From Blepharisma stoltei ATCC 30299 (lineage: Eukaryota > Protista > Ciliophora), in contig CBFDEM010000055.1 of the NCBI GenBank assembly GCA_965603825.1, positions 468,925 through 532,924 of the forward strand: a DNA stretch of 64,000 nucleotides, in the 5' to 3' direction. The notes below the pieces were generated by a model. It made no database searches and was not told where the DNA came from. It saw only the letters and a program-made list of their open reading frames with translations. The position numbers and the translations under genes were made by a program. Positions 13,225-25,753 of this stretch are shown one piece after another; within the stretch, counting starts at the first letter, position 1, and each line of letters starts with the position of its first letter.

Positions 13225-16200
13225 ATGATGTCTCTAATCAAAGATCTTGTGGAGAGATTGGTCTATCATAAATCCCTATGAAAATTCCTTTTATTTATCT
13301 GCTTGCTGAATGACTTAAACTGCTTAGAAATTATTTTGATATATGAAAAAAGCAACATCAGCATAAACAATATAGCGATTTCGAAGCTATTTGCTAAAAC
13401 AAACTCCCTTATTGAATGGCATTTATGTGAATATTCTACTGCAGCAATATGCCTTAGTTCTTATGAAAATGCTATGCTAGTTTTAGATTTAACGAATCGC
13501 ATCGAAACTCAGTTTTTTGTATCTGAGATATGTAAAGAAAGAGAAATCCCACACTTGGTGTTTGAAAATAAGCTAAATTATTTTGATAAATGGACTTTTT
13601 CAGTAAAACCATCACCCTTAAAAGAAATAAACGCTTTTATTGCTGTGCTTCGCTATTTTGGATGAACCCAAGGTCTTGCCATTTACGATGGATTTACGAA
13701 TATTCTAAAAGAAAATCTTGAAAAAAAAATTGAAAAACTAAATTTTTTAACAATTGAGCCCGATTCAAATCTGAATAAATTTGTTAACAGAATTATTACA
13801 CCTCTTGGTGAAACTCTTTACTATATATTTTTAGATTCTGTTGAGTCATTAAAACTTCAGAGCATTTTAAAGACCACAAAACTTCTTGCTAGTGGAAATG
13901 GAATTATTTTTAATCAGAAAAGTGGATATGAATGCATTATTGATGGAGCCTTAATTGTTGTCGCCGAAGGACAAGAATTAATATCTTCTGATGAAGAATA
14001 TATGGAATCAGTAATAGAAAATGCGATTTTTTACTTATTAAGCAATGTTAAAACAGAAAACAGTTTGGAAATTTTATTTTGGTTAAATACTCTATTAGAT
14101 AGTCAGAGCATAAATGAATTTTCTTTAGTCAATATTCAAAACGGAAAAAGAATAATAATAGGAAAAATCATGAATGAAAACTTATTTTTATTTAGCAACA
14201 TCACATTTCCAGGCAATTCAACAGAAATCCCAAAATCAACAAGAAAAGTGCTACAATTAAGCATCGAAGCTGGTTCTTCCAATCCATCAGGGCCACCTAT
14301 CACTATAGGAGCAGTTGGAGGGTATGGCTCATACGCAGCTTGTGACATAATTAACGAACAATGCTCAGGATTGCTTGATAATTTTCAGATCGATCTATTT
14401 AATTTTGACTGTGGTGTAACAATTTATAACTCCACATTTGCTAATGCTTGCTATTTAAAAGACCAAGAAAAGTTTGGCTTAGGACACATTTCAGCTTGGT
14501 CTTCAGCAATGACAATTGGGTCAATGAAATCTTTTGCAAAGCTTAATTTAACGTTCCCCATTGTAAGTGCTTCAAATAAAGATGCCATTTTTAATTCAAC
14601 CCCAAATTATCCAATGTACATGAGAATTCAGGCTTCATTGTCTTATATATATTCTTTAATCCCGATTTTTATCCGAGCATTAGGCTGAGAAAAAGTTGCT
14701 GTTCTTTACCAAAATGATACGTGAGGGCAATCTGGGTATTATTTTTTTACCCAGAGCATTAAAAGTCATGATCTTTTGTTGGCCAACCCAGAAAGCAGCA
14801 GAGTTATCCCGCCGAATCTTGATAGAGATGGAGTAAAAGAATACTCATATTTACTTCAAGAAATAATAGACTCTCAAGCAAGATTTTTGGTGTCTATTTT
14901 ACAATATCCGACTCCTTACTATATATTTGAAGAGCTTTATGATTTAGGGCTAAGAAAAGGAGATCTAGTTATTTTTACGACTGTTTCTGATATGACCACA
15001 TTTTCACAATATGATGGCGAATTCAGAAATAAAATATATGAAATTGCTATTCCAATTATTACTATATATGGACAAAGCTGAGTAGGGTCATTAGGAAAAA
15101 AAGCTTTATCAAGAATTTCAGAGGCATATGATGGTTTAATAAATTCTTACAGTTGTGTATATTTCGACTCAGTTCTTTTGATTTCTTATGCTTTGGATTT
15201 CATGATTAATAGGGGCTTAGATTACACAGATCCAGATAAATTGCAAAAAATAATGAGAAATCAGCAATTTTATGGGTGCACTGGACAAGTTAACATAGAA
15301 AAAGGGTCAAATGATAGGATTGTCCAAACATTTGAGATAGTGGCTAATAAGCTTGGCGAAAATGAAAATATTACATCTTATCTAATGGGATATTTTCGGC
15401 CTCAAAGTACACAATTAATAGCAATCCAAGAGCCTATGATATATGCTGACGGCTCAACCACAAAGCCATCAGATTTAAGGACTAGTAGTAGCCAATGCCC
15501 TTTTCCTGATAAGCTTATAAAAACATTTGCTAAAGGTAGAATCCTAGTATTTGGGATCTGCTTTACTGTTGCCTTGATATCCTTTGCTATTACATTTTAT
15601 ATATGGAAAAAATGATGGAAATTTTCAATTGAGCCATTAACAGTAAAAGAAGAAATTTGTTTGCAAGACATTATTGTAGCTGTGACCATTATTATTGAAT
15701 TTTTTCAACTTTCTTCAATGGGGCCAGATTTTTCACCTATTAACTCTACATTGGCTGGAATTAGTAATTTTTTTTCGCTGAGCTTAGATAATATATTGAA
15801 ATTAAGAAATGGAGTATTTTGAATTATTGTCAATGCTGTTTTCGGATCAATTGGGTTATGGGTAATTCTGTGCTCAGTTGTGCTTCTTAGACTTGATGAG
15901 AAATTTCCTATGAGCTTTATATTCAGAAATTTAGGTACTTTAGCAGAGTATCTGATGCCTGTTTTAGGAGATCTTTGTTTTATTCCCTTTATTTCAATTT
16001 GCCTTGATATTTTTTTATGTGATCAGTCGATTGGAGATAATTTTACTGACAGTTTTTTATCAGAAGATTGCTATTATTTTTGTTGGAAAGATGAACATTT
16101 ATTTTATGCAATCTTTTCTATTATTGCTTTAATTGCTTATGAGCCCCTTGCAGTTTTTTGTAGGCCTCTTTGGCAAGAGCTGCAGCCTATTTTACATGTA

Positions 16201-16677
16201 AAAGCAGTTCCACTCTTTTTGATGGTAAAAACAATTGTTCAAATTATATTAATTGTGATGAACAAGACAGTAAAAAGGGCTCAAAATCTCCTTCATGGGG
16301 CTCTTTTTATATTAGTGATGGGCCTTTATATTGGTTTTTTATTTAAATTCAAACCTTACAATTATCCAAGATTCAGTTGATGGCAAACTTTGGTTTCAAT
16401 TGGAGTAGGCTGGCTTGCCTTAGTTTCAGTTGTTGAGCAAAGTATTGATGCTGGCCCTATTATTTTATTATCAGTTTTGTGCTTTGGTTTCTTAATCATT
16501 GGATTTCTAGGATTATACATCCAAAGAAAAAAATATCCAAGCCTTCTTTTTCGAAAAAAAGGTCAAGATACGTCCAATTTATTTAGGTTTGCTTTTTCTT
16601 TTGGCAAACATTCGAAAGAAGCTTTATCAAAAATTGTCCCTAGTAGTTTAGCAAATTCATCAAGAAAATTATTATAA
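13225..16677 (+). CDS. Receptor-array copy 3, 1150 aa (probable chimera of the copy 4 and copy 2 lineages)
   Basis: ATG 13225/13228 (MMSLIKDL), single frame, TAA stop. Confidence 0.85.
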
Positions 16678-17327
16678 GCTAGATTGTAAATATTTTTCAT
16701 CACTGACCTATTCTTTGAAAACCAAAAATTTCTCTATGGTATTCTTCATTTGGTTAAAAGAAATTTTTTCCTTGCAAGTTTTTTTTAAGCCTGAAAGTTT
16801 CTTTTGAGAAAGTTCTTTCGATTTTTGCTTGTGCTCAGCACATTATATGCGTTTTCTTTCGTTAAATTGATAATTATGTAATTATGAATGTTGTTTTTAG
16901 ACTCTGTGAAAGTGTATAAATAAAGTAAACTCCAGCTATAGTCATAGCCCCATCCATTTTAAAACTGTTGATCTATAGTAAATTATAAGTTTATGAAATT
17001 TAATTTTATTTAGAATTTTCTAATTTTTCTATTGTATTGAAAATTACACAACAAAGCTATAATATAGCACCTTGGATAATTTGTAGTAGGTTTGATATTT
17101 AAGATAGCTATACTAATAATGAAGAAAAGCCACGAAATCAAGAAGCTGGCAGAAATGAAAAACGAATATTATATTACAGGAGTATAGAGAATTATATTTA
17201 ATTTAAATTAAAATACTTGCTATATATAGAAAGCATTGACAAAAATATTTCTACAAGCCAAGCACTTCAAGAAATCATCCCCAAAATCAATCATAAAATC
17301 GAAATCATAAATGCTGAACTAAATTTA

Positions 17328-17873
17328 ATGCGAACTTACAACGATTTATTAAAAAATTCAACATCATTCATTTCCCAAAAGGCTTTTGAATATTCTAGGC
17401 AATACGATTTCAGCTCTAATAATTGATATTTTAGAACACCTCCTTCTTCAGCTTCCCTTAAGCGTAAAAAGCCATGTGAAAACGCTATAAAGCTTATAGA
17501 CTGTTTGCATATACTTATGAATTACAAAAATAATGATTATGATCGTTTTTATAAAACTTATGATCTAAGTGTCTTATGGAATTTGGATCATCAATGATGA
17601 AATTATGCGGTAAGATTGACTGATAAGCAGCTGATGAAAATATCTGAAGTTATTGAAGAACTGGATAGCTGAAGTTCTGGAGCAAATTGTCATTTGAAAG
17701 ATATTTATTTATGAATTAAAGGGACGAGCATAAAACTTTTAGCAGTCAGAGCAAAATCTAGCTGTGAAAAGATTAGAGAAGAAGTAGAAAAAAAGAGAGA
17801 GTCAAAGAAAAAAGAGTTAAGATGTCTACAAAGAGAGCTGCTGGATGCTATAGATTTTAAATCTAAAATCTAA
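17328..17873 (+). CDS. Hypothetical protein or decaying gene unrelated to the array (frame open 17202-17873 with TGA=Trp)
   Basis: About 223 codons free of TAA/TAG, with 5 in-frame TGA and a lysine/glutamate-rich C-terminus. The first in-frame ATG is 17328. An upstream ATG at 17119 (MKKSHEIKKLAEMK) is out of frame, so the 5' end may be damaged. Confidence 0.45.
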
Positions 17874-18109
17874 TTTTTCTTTAAAATTACTAATTTTTTA
17901 GTAAATATTAAATTAATTATATTAAAGTTAATCTTAGCTTATGCTGCAATTAAAATTTTCGGATTTAAGCTTTATGTGCTTAGAAATAAATCGCAACATT
18001 AATTTTTAAATAATTTAAGTAATCAATCATATTTTGAATTAGAAGCTATAAATTAAACAATAAATTTATTCACCTATAATAATAGTTAAAGTATTTTACC
18101 TCTATAATA

Positions 18110-21100
18110 ATGTCGATAACCAAAGATCTTGTGATAAATTTTGACTATCATAAATTCCTATGAAAATTGTTTTTATTCGTCTGTTTACTGGATAGTTTTA
18201 ACTGCTTAGAAATTATTGTGATATATGAAAAAAGCAACTCCAGCATAAACAAACAATGCGTTTTGAGCTTTTTTGCTGAAGCAAGCTCCCTGGTTGAATG
18301 ATATAATTGCGAATATTCTGAGGCAACAACTTGCCTTAGTTCTTATGAGAATGCTGTGCTCGTTTTAGATTTAACAGATCGCATCGAAACTCAGTATTTT
18401 TTATCAGAATTATGCAAGGAAAGAGAAATCCCACACTTGGTGTTTGAAAATAAGCTAAATTATTCTGATAAATGGACTTTTTCAGTAAAACCATCACCCT
18501 TAAAAGAAATAAACGCTTTTATTGCTGTGCTTCGTTATTTTGGATGAACCCAAGGTCTAGTCATTTATGATGGGTTTCAGGATTTTGTAAAAGAAAATCA
18601 CGATAAATATTCAGAAAAACTAAATTTTTTAGCAATTGAACCTGAGGCAAGTATTAGTGAATTAGTAAATAGAATTATCACACCTCTTGGCGAAACTCTT
18701 TACTATATATTTTTGAAAACAGCTGAATCATTAAAACTGCAGAGTATTTTAACGACCACAAAGCTTTTAGCTAGTGGAAATGGAATTATTTTTGATCAAA
18801 AAAGCAGTTATCAATGTATTATTGATGGAGCTTTAATTATAACCGCCAAAGGCCAGGAGCTAATTTCTTCAGATGAAGAATATATAAAGTCGGCGATGGG
18901 AAATGTGATTTATTACTTATTAAGCCATATTAAAACAGAAAACAGTATGGAAGTCTATTTTTGATTAAATTCTCTGATGGAAAGTCAACGCAGTATAAAT
19001 GAGTTTTCTTTAGTTAACATTCAAGATGGGCAAAGAGTAATAGTAGGAGAAATCATTAATGAAAGTTTATATTTGTTTAGCAATTTCATTTTCCCAGATA
19101 ATTCAACAGAAATTCCAAGATCAGCTAAAAAAGTTTTAAAGCTTAGCATTGAAGTTGGCTCTTCAAATCCTTCAGGTCCGCCTATTGCTCTAGGAAAAGT
19201 TGGAGGATATGGCTCATATGCAGCTTGTGATATAATTAATGGCCAAAGCTCTGGGCTACTAAATAATTTTCAGGTCGAGATGTTTAATTTTGACTGCGGT
19301 ACCTCAATTTATAACAACACATATGCTAATGCATGCTATTTAAAAGATAAAGATAAATTTGGCTTAGGGCATGTGGCAGCTTGATCTTCCGTTATGGTAA
19401 TAGGGTCAATGAAATCTTTTAAACAGCTTAATTTAACATTCCCCATAGTAAGTGCTTCGAATTTAGATGCAAGTCTGAATTCCACCACAATTTTCCCGAT
19501 GTATATGAGAGTTACAGCATCATTTTCTTATATGTACTCTCTGGTCCCAATTTTTATCCGAGCTTTAGGATGAGAAAAAGTTGCTGTTATTTACCAAAAT
19601 GATACATGAGGGCTATCTGGATATCATTATTTAACTCAGGGAATCAAAAATCATCATATTTCTCTCGTTAACCCAGAAAATACTAGAGCAATTCCGCCAA
19701 GTCTTGATCGAAATGGTGTAAAAGAATATTCGAGCCTTCTCCAAGGAATAATAGACTCCCAAGCAAGATTTTTGATTTCAATTTTGCTTTACCCTACTGC
19801 CTACTATATTTTTGAAGAGTTCTATGATCTCGGGTTAAGACAAGGAGACCTTGTCATTTTTACAACAGTTTCTGATTTAACCACATTTTCAGCATATGAT
19901 TATGCATTTAGTTATAAAATATTAGAAATTGCTGTCCCAATTATTACCATATATGGACAATGCTGAGTCGGACCATTAGGAGAAAAAGCATTGACACAAA
20001 TTTCAAAATCCTATGGGGGATTAATAAATTCTTATAGCTGCTTTTATTTCGATTCAGTATATTTGATTGCTTATGCTTTAGATTTCATGATTAATAGAGG
20101 ATTAGATTATACAGATCCTGATAAATTGCAAAAAACAATGAGAAATCAGCAATTTTATGGATGCACTGGACAAGTTAACATCGAAAAAGGGTCAAATGAT
20201 CGCATTATTCAATCTTTTGAAATCGTCGCTAACAAGCTGGGCGACAATGGCAATATTACCACTTATATTATGGGATACTTTCGGCCTCAAAGCACACAAT
20301 TAATAACAATCCAAGAGCCTATGATATATACTGATGGCTCAACTACTAAGCCAGCCGACCTAAGGAACAGCAATAATGAGTGTCCTTTTCCCAGCAGGCT
20401 TGCAAGAACTTTTGCAAAAGGAAGAGCATTGGCATTCGGAATTTGTTTTGCAGTAGCATTGATTTCTCTAATTATTACCATTTATATATGAAAAAAGTGA
20501 TGGAAATTTTCGATAGAGCCTTTGACTATTAAAGAAGAAATTTGTGTCCAAGATGTTATTTTGGCAGGGACAATTATAATTGAATTTTTTCAGTTTTCTT
20601 CAATGGGGCCTGATTTTTCAGCAATTGATTCAACATATGCTGATATAAGTGACTCTTTTTCACTAAGTTTAGACCATATTTTGAGACTGAGAAATGGAGT
20701 CTTTTGAATTGTTGCTAATGCTGTTTTTGCATCTATTGGCTTGTGAGTGATTTTATGCTCAGTGGTTCTTTTTAGACTTGATGAAAAATTCCCTATGAGC
20801 TTTGTATTTAGGAATTTAGGAACTTTATCTGATTACCTGATGCCTATTTTAGGCGATCTTTGTTTTATTCCGTTTATTTCAGTTTGTCTTGATATCTTTT
20901 TATGTGATCAGTCTATTGGAGATAATTTTACGGATAGTTTTTTAGCAGCAGATTGCTATTATTTTTGTTGAAAAGACGAGCATTTAGTTTATGCAGTTTT
21001 TTCTATTATCGCTTTAATCGCTTATGAGCCACTAGCAGTATTTTGTAGGCCTCTTTGGCAGGAGTTGCAGCCTATTTTGCATGTAAAAGCAGTTCCACTC

Positions 21101-21559
21101 TTTTTGATGGTAAAAACAATGGTTCAAATTGCATTAATTGTGATGAATAAAACAGTAAAAAGGGCACAGAGTATTCTTCACGGAATTCTTTTTCTAATAG
21201 TGATGAGTTTTTATATTATTTTTTTATTTAAATTCAAGCCTTACAACTACGCAAGATTCAGCTGATGGCAAACTTTAATTTTAATTGCTGTTTTATGACT
21301 CTCTTTCCTTTCAGTAATCGAGCAAAGTATTGGCGGGAACCAAATTATTCTGATATCAATTTTATGCTTTGGATTTATAATTATTGGATTACTTGGTCTT
21401 TATGTTCAACATAAAAAGTATCCAAGTCTTCTATTTCGGAAAAAGGGGCAGGACACGTCAAGTTTGTTTGTATTTGCTTTTTCTTTTGGAAAGCATTCAA
21501 AATTGGCTTTGTCTAAAATTGTTTCAAGCTCCAAGATAGGCATGGGATCTTGAAAATAA
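18110..21559 (+). CDS. Receptor-array copy 4, 1149 aa
   Basis: ATG 18110 (MSITKDL), single frame, ends ...GMGS-TGA-AAA-TAA. Confidence 0.85.
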
Positions 21560-21883
21560 ATGACTTTATTATCATTAATTTTAAAAAATCTAATCTTAAA
21601 GAATAAAAAATTAAATTACATAGAGTCCTGATAGGAATATTAACAGAATCCTTTTTTATTATTTAATAACAGTGAATAATTAAATCATATATAGAATTAA
21701 ATCAGCTATCTAAAATGCACATAGAAGAAGTAAAGCGCAGTAATTCGCTAATTAAAATGGATTGGAAATAAAAGTCTAAATTTTGCTCTTATTTAAAACA
21801 ATAAATTTTGCCAATAAATGCCATAGTAAATTTTCTTCCTCTTCAATTAAGTAATAAAATTATATAATATTGATTAATAAATT

Positions 21884-24800
21884 ATGTCTCTAGTAGATTA
21901 TTTTGGTGAATTTTTTTGCAATCATCAATCTCTATGGAAATTGGCTTTATTTATTAGCTGGCTGAATCTTTTTAAAAGTTTAGAAATTATTTTGATTTAT
22001 GAACAAGGCAATTCTATTTGAAATCAAAAAAATAAATTTGAAGGATTTTCAGAGTTTAACTCCCTTGCTGAATGGCACATTTGTGGTTACTCAGAAGCTT
22101 TAATCTGCTTAGATATGTATGAGAACGCTTTACTGCTTTTGGATTTGACAGAGCGAATTGAAACTCAATTTCTCTTATCTAAATTATGCGAGGAGAAAGA
22201 AATATCTCACCTTGTATTTGAAAATAAATTAAGTTATTCTGATCAATGAACCTTTTCAATAAAGCCATCATCTTTAGAGCAAGCCAATGCATTTCTTTCA
22301 GTTCTTCGTTATTTTGGATGAACTAAAGGTCTTACGATTTCTGACGGATTTAAGAATATTTTAAAAGAAAATTTGGAAGAATACTCAAAGACTTTAGCTT
22401 TTATGACGATTGAGCCTAATGCAAATATAGAGGAATTAGTTAATAGGATTATAACTCCACTTGGCGAAACTCTTTATTATATTTTTATGACTCCGACAGA
22501 GTCCTATAAACTGCAGAGCATCTTAGCGTCGACTAAACTTTTAAATATTGGAAATGGAATTGTTTTAGACCAAGAAAGTGGATATAATTACTCAATAAAT
22601 GGGGCTTTAATAATTACAGTAAAGGGGCAAGAGTTTTCTTCTTCAGAAAATGAATATATGACCTCTTCAGTGAAAAGTATAATTAATTATATATTAGAAA
22701 ATATTGAAACTGAGACTAAACAAGAAGTATTTTTTATATTGCAATCATTACTAAGAAGCAAGAATCATTTTTCGTTAGTAAATACCCAAGATGGAGAAAG
22801 AGTCGTAGTTGGAAAAATCCTTAATGAAGAATTATTTTTATTTAGTGATATTATTTTCCCAGGAAACTCTAAAGAAATTCCAAAATCAATAAAAAAAGTT
22901 TTACAGCTTAGCATTGAAGCTGGCTCTTCTAATCCTACAGGCCCCCCTATTACTGTTGGGCTAGTTGGAGGATACGGCTCATATTCAGCTTGTGAAATAA
23001 TAAATGAAGATAATTCAAGCTTACTAAATAATTTCCAAATTGAATTATTTAATTTCGACTGCGGGACATCAATTTATAACTCCACATTTGCTAATGCCTG
23101 CTATTTAAAAGATAAAGACAGCTTTGGCTTAGGCCATATATCAGCTTGATCTTCAGCAATGTCAATTGGGTCAATTAAATCTTTTAAGCAGCTTAATCTA
23201 ACATTTCCTATTGTAAGTGCTTCTAATGGAGATGTCACGCTAAATTCTACGGCTAATTACCCAATGTACATGAGAGTCCAAGCTTCCCTTTCTCTTGGAT
23301 ATTCCTTAATCCCTATTTTTATCAGAGCTTTAGGTTGAAAACAAGTGGCAGTTCTTTACCAAAATGATTCATGAGGACTATCTGGGTATTATTATTTCAA
23401 CCAAAGCGTTAAAAACCACGATCTCTCTTTAATCAACCCAGAAAGCAGCAGAACAATTCCAGCAAATCTTAACCGAGCTGAAATAAAAGAATATTTATAT
23501 ATCTTCCAAGAAATTATTGGCACCCAAGCACGATTTTTAATTTCAATTCTACAATACCCAATGGCTTATTATATATTTGAAGAGTTTTATGATTTAGGAA
23601 TAAGAAAAGGAGATCTTGTTATTTTTACAAAACTTTCGGACCTTGCTACGTTTGCAGCTTATGATAATTTATATGCATATAAACTATATGAGACTGCTGT
23701 TCCTATAATTACTATGTATGGACAAAGCTGGGTTGGGCCATTAGGAGAAAAAGCATTATCTTATATTACAAAAAATTATGGAGGATTGGTAAATTCATAT
23801 AGCTGCTTCTATGTAGATGCAGTTTTTTTAATTGCATATGCGCTGGATTTTATGATTAATAGAGGAATTGATTATACTGACCCTGATAAGCTGCAAAAAG
23901 CTATGAGAAATCAGCAATTTTATGGGTGTACTGGACAAGTTAATATAGAAAAAGGGTCAAATGATAGGATTATCCAAACTTTTGAAATTATTGTAAATAA
24001 AATAGACGAAAATGGAAATTTAACTACTTATGTGATGGGGCAGTTTCGGCCTCAAAGCACACAGCTAATAACAATCCAAGAGCCTTTGGTATATGCAGAT
24101 GGCTCCACAACAAAGCCAGCAGACTTAAGAAGCACTGATTATAAATGCCCTTTCCCTGATAGGCTTGTAAGAACTTTTGCAAAAGGAAGGGCTTTGGTTT
24201 TTGGAATTTGCTTTTTTGTTGCTTTGGTTTCTCTAGTGATTACAATTTATATATGAAAAAAGTGATGGAAAATTTCAATTGAGCCATTAACTACAAAAGA
24301 AGAAATTTGTATGCAAGATGCTATTGTGGCAGGGACAATTATAATTGAATTTTTTCAGTTTTCTTCAATGGGGCCTGATTTTTCAGCAATTGATTCTACT
24401 TTGGCTGAAATAAGTGGTACCTTTTCGTTGAGCTTGGACCATATTTTGAAATTAAGAAATGGGATCTTTTGAATTATTGCTAATGCTGTTTTTGCGTGTA
24501 TTGGCTTGTGAATAATTTTATGTTCAGTAGTCCTTCTCAGACTGGATGAGAAATTTCCTTTGAGCTTTGTGTTTAGGAATTTAAGCACTTTGGCTGATTA
24601 TTTGATGCCTATTTTAGGTGATCTTTGCTTTATTCCGTTTATTTCAGTTTGCCTTGACATTTTTTTATGCGATCAGTCTATTGGAGATAATTTCACTGAA
24701 AGTTTTCTAGCTCAAGACTGCTATTATTTTTGCTGAAAAGATGAACATTTAGCTTATGCTATTTTTTCTATATTTGCACTAATAACATATGAACCTCTTG

Positions 24801-25342
24801 CGGTATTCTGTAGACCTCTTTGGCAAGAGCTTCAGCCTATTCTACATATAAAAGCAGTTCCGCTATTTTTGATGGTAAAAACTATCGTTCAAATAACTTT
24901 AATTGTAATGAATAAGACAGTAAAAAGGGCTCAAAGCCTCCTTCATGGGGCTCTTTTTATAGTAGTGATGAGTTTTTATGTTGCTTTTTTATTTAAATTC
25001 AAGCCTTTTAACTATGCAAGATTCAGCTGATGGCAAACTTTGATTTCAATTGGAGTAGTCTGATTAGCTTTAATTTCAGTAATTGAGCAAAGTATTGGCG
25101 GAGATTATCTTGTTTTAGTGTCAATTTTGTTCTTTGGATTTATAATGATTGCTTTAATTGGAGTTTATGTTCAGTATAAAAAATACCCAAGTTTGCTTTT
25201 TCGTAAAAAAGGCCAAGACACATCAAATTTGTTTATTTTTGCATTTTCTTTTGGCAAGAATTCAAAACTGGCATTATCAAAAATTGTTCCAAGTGTGACG
25301 TCTATGTCGTCACCACGTAAAATTGGAGACCAAAGCCCTTAA
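21884..25342 (+). CDS. Receptor-array copy 5, 1152 aa
   Basis: ATG 21884 (MSLVDYF), single frame with TGA=Trp, TAA stop. Confidence 0.85.
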
Positions 25343-25753
25343 GTCATAGTACTCTTAACGTTTTATAATAATTAATCAAATATAAATAGTGCTTTTATGT
25401 AAAATGAATAATTGAATATGAAAAAGTCAGATAAATTAAAAAAAATTACTAAATTTGGATTTTTTAAGATGATTTAAAAAGAAATTAATATAAATAAATA
25501 TTTTATAAATAATTAATCGAAAATTATAGAATATAGATTTTTTGTTATTGCGAGATCCCATTTTTGATATTTGTTTTTCTTTTATAATTGAATAAGTTAT
25601 ATAAAATTAATTAAATTTCAAATAAAAAGCACTTTTATTATCCTAAGTTAAGCACTCCATACCACAAATATTTATCTTTTTACATTTTTTTAATAATTTG
25701 GAATGCTAATCAATGTTTACCTTAATAAAAATCAATAATTTACTGAGAAATTT

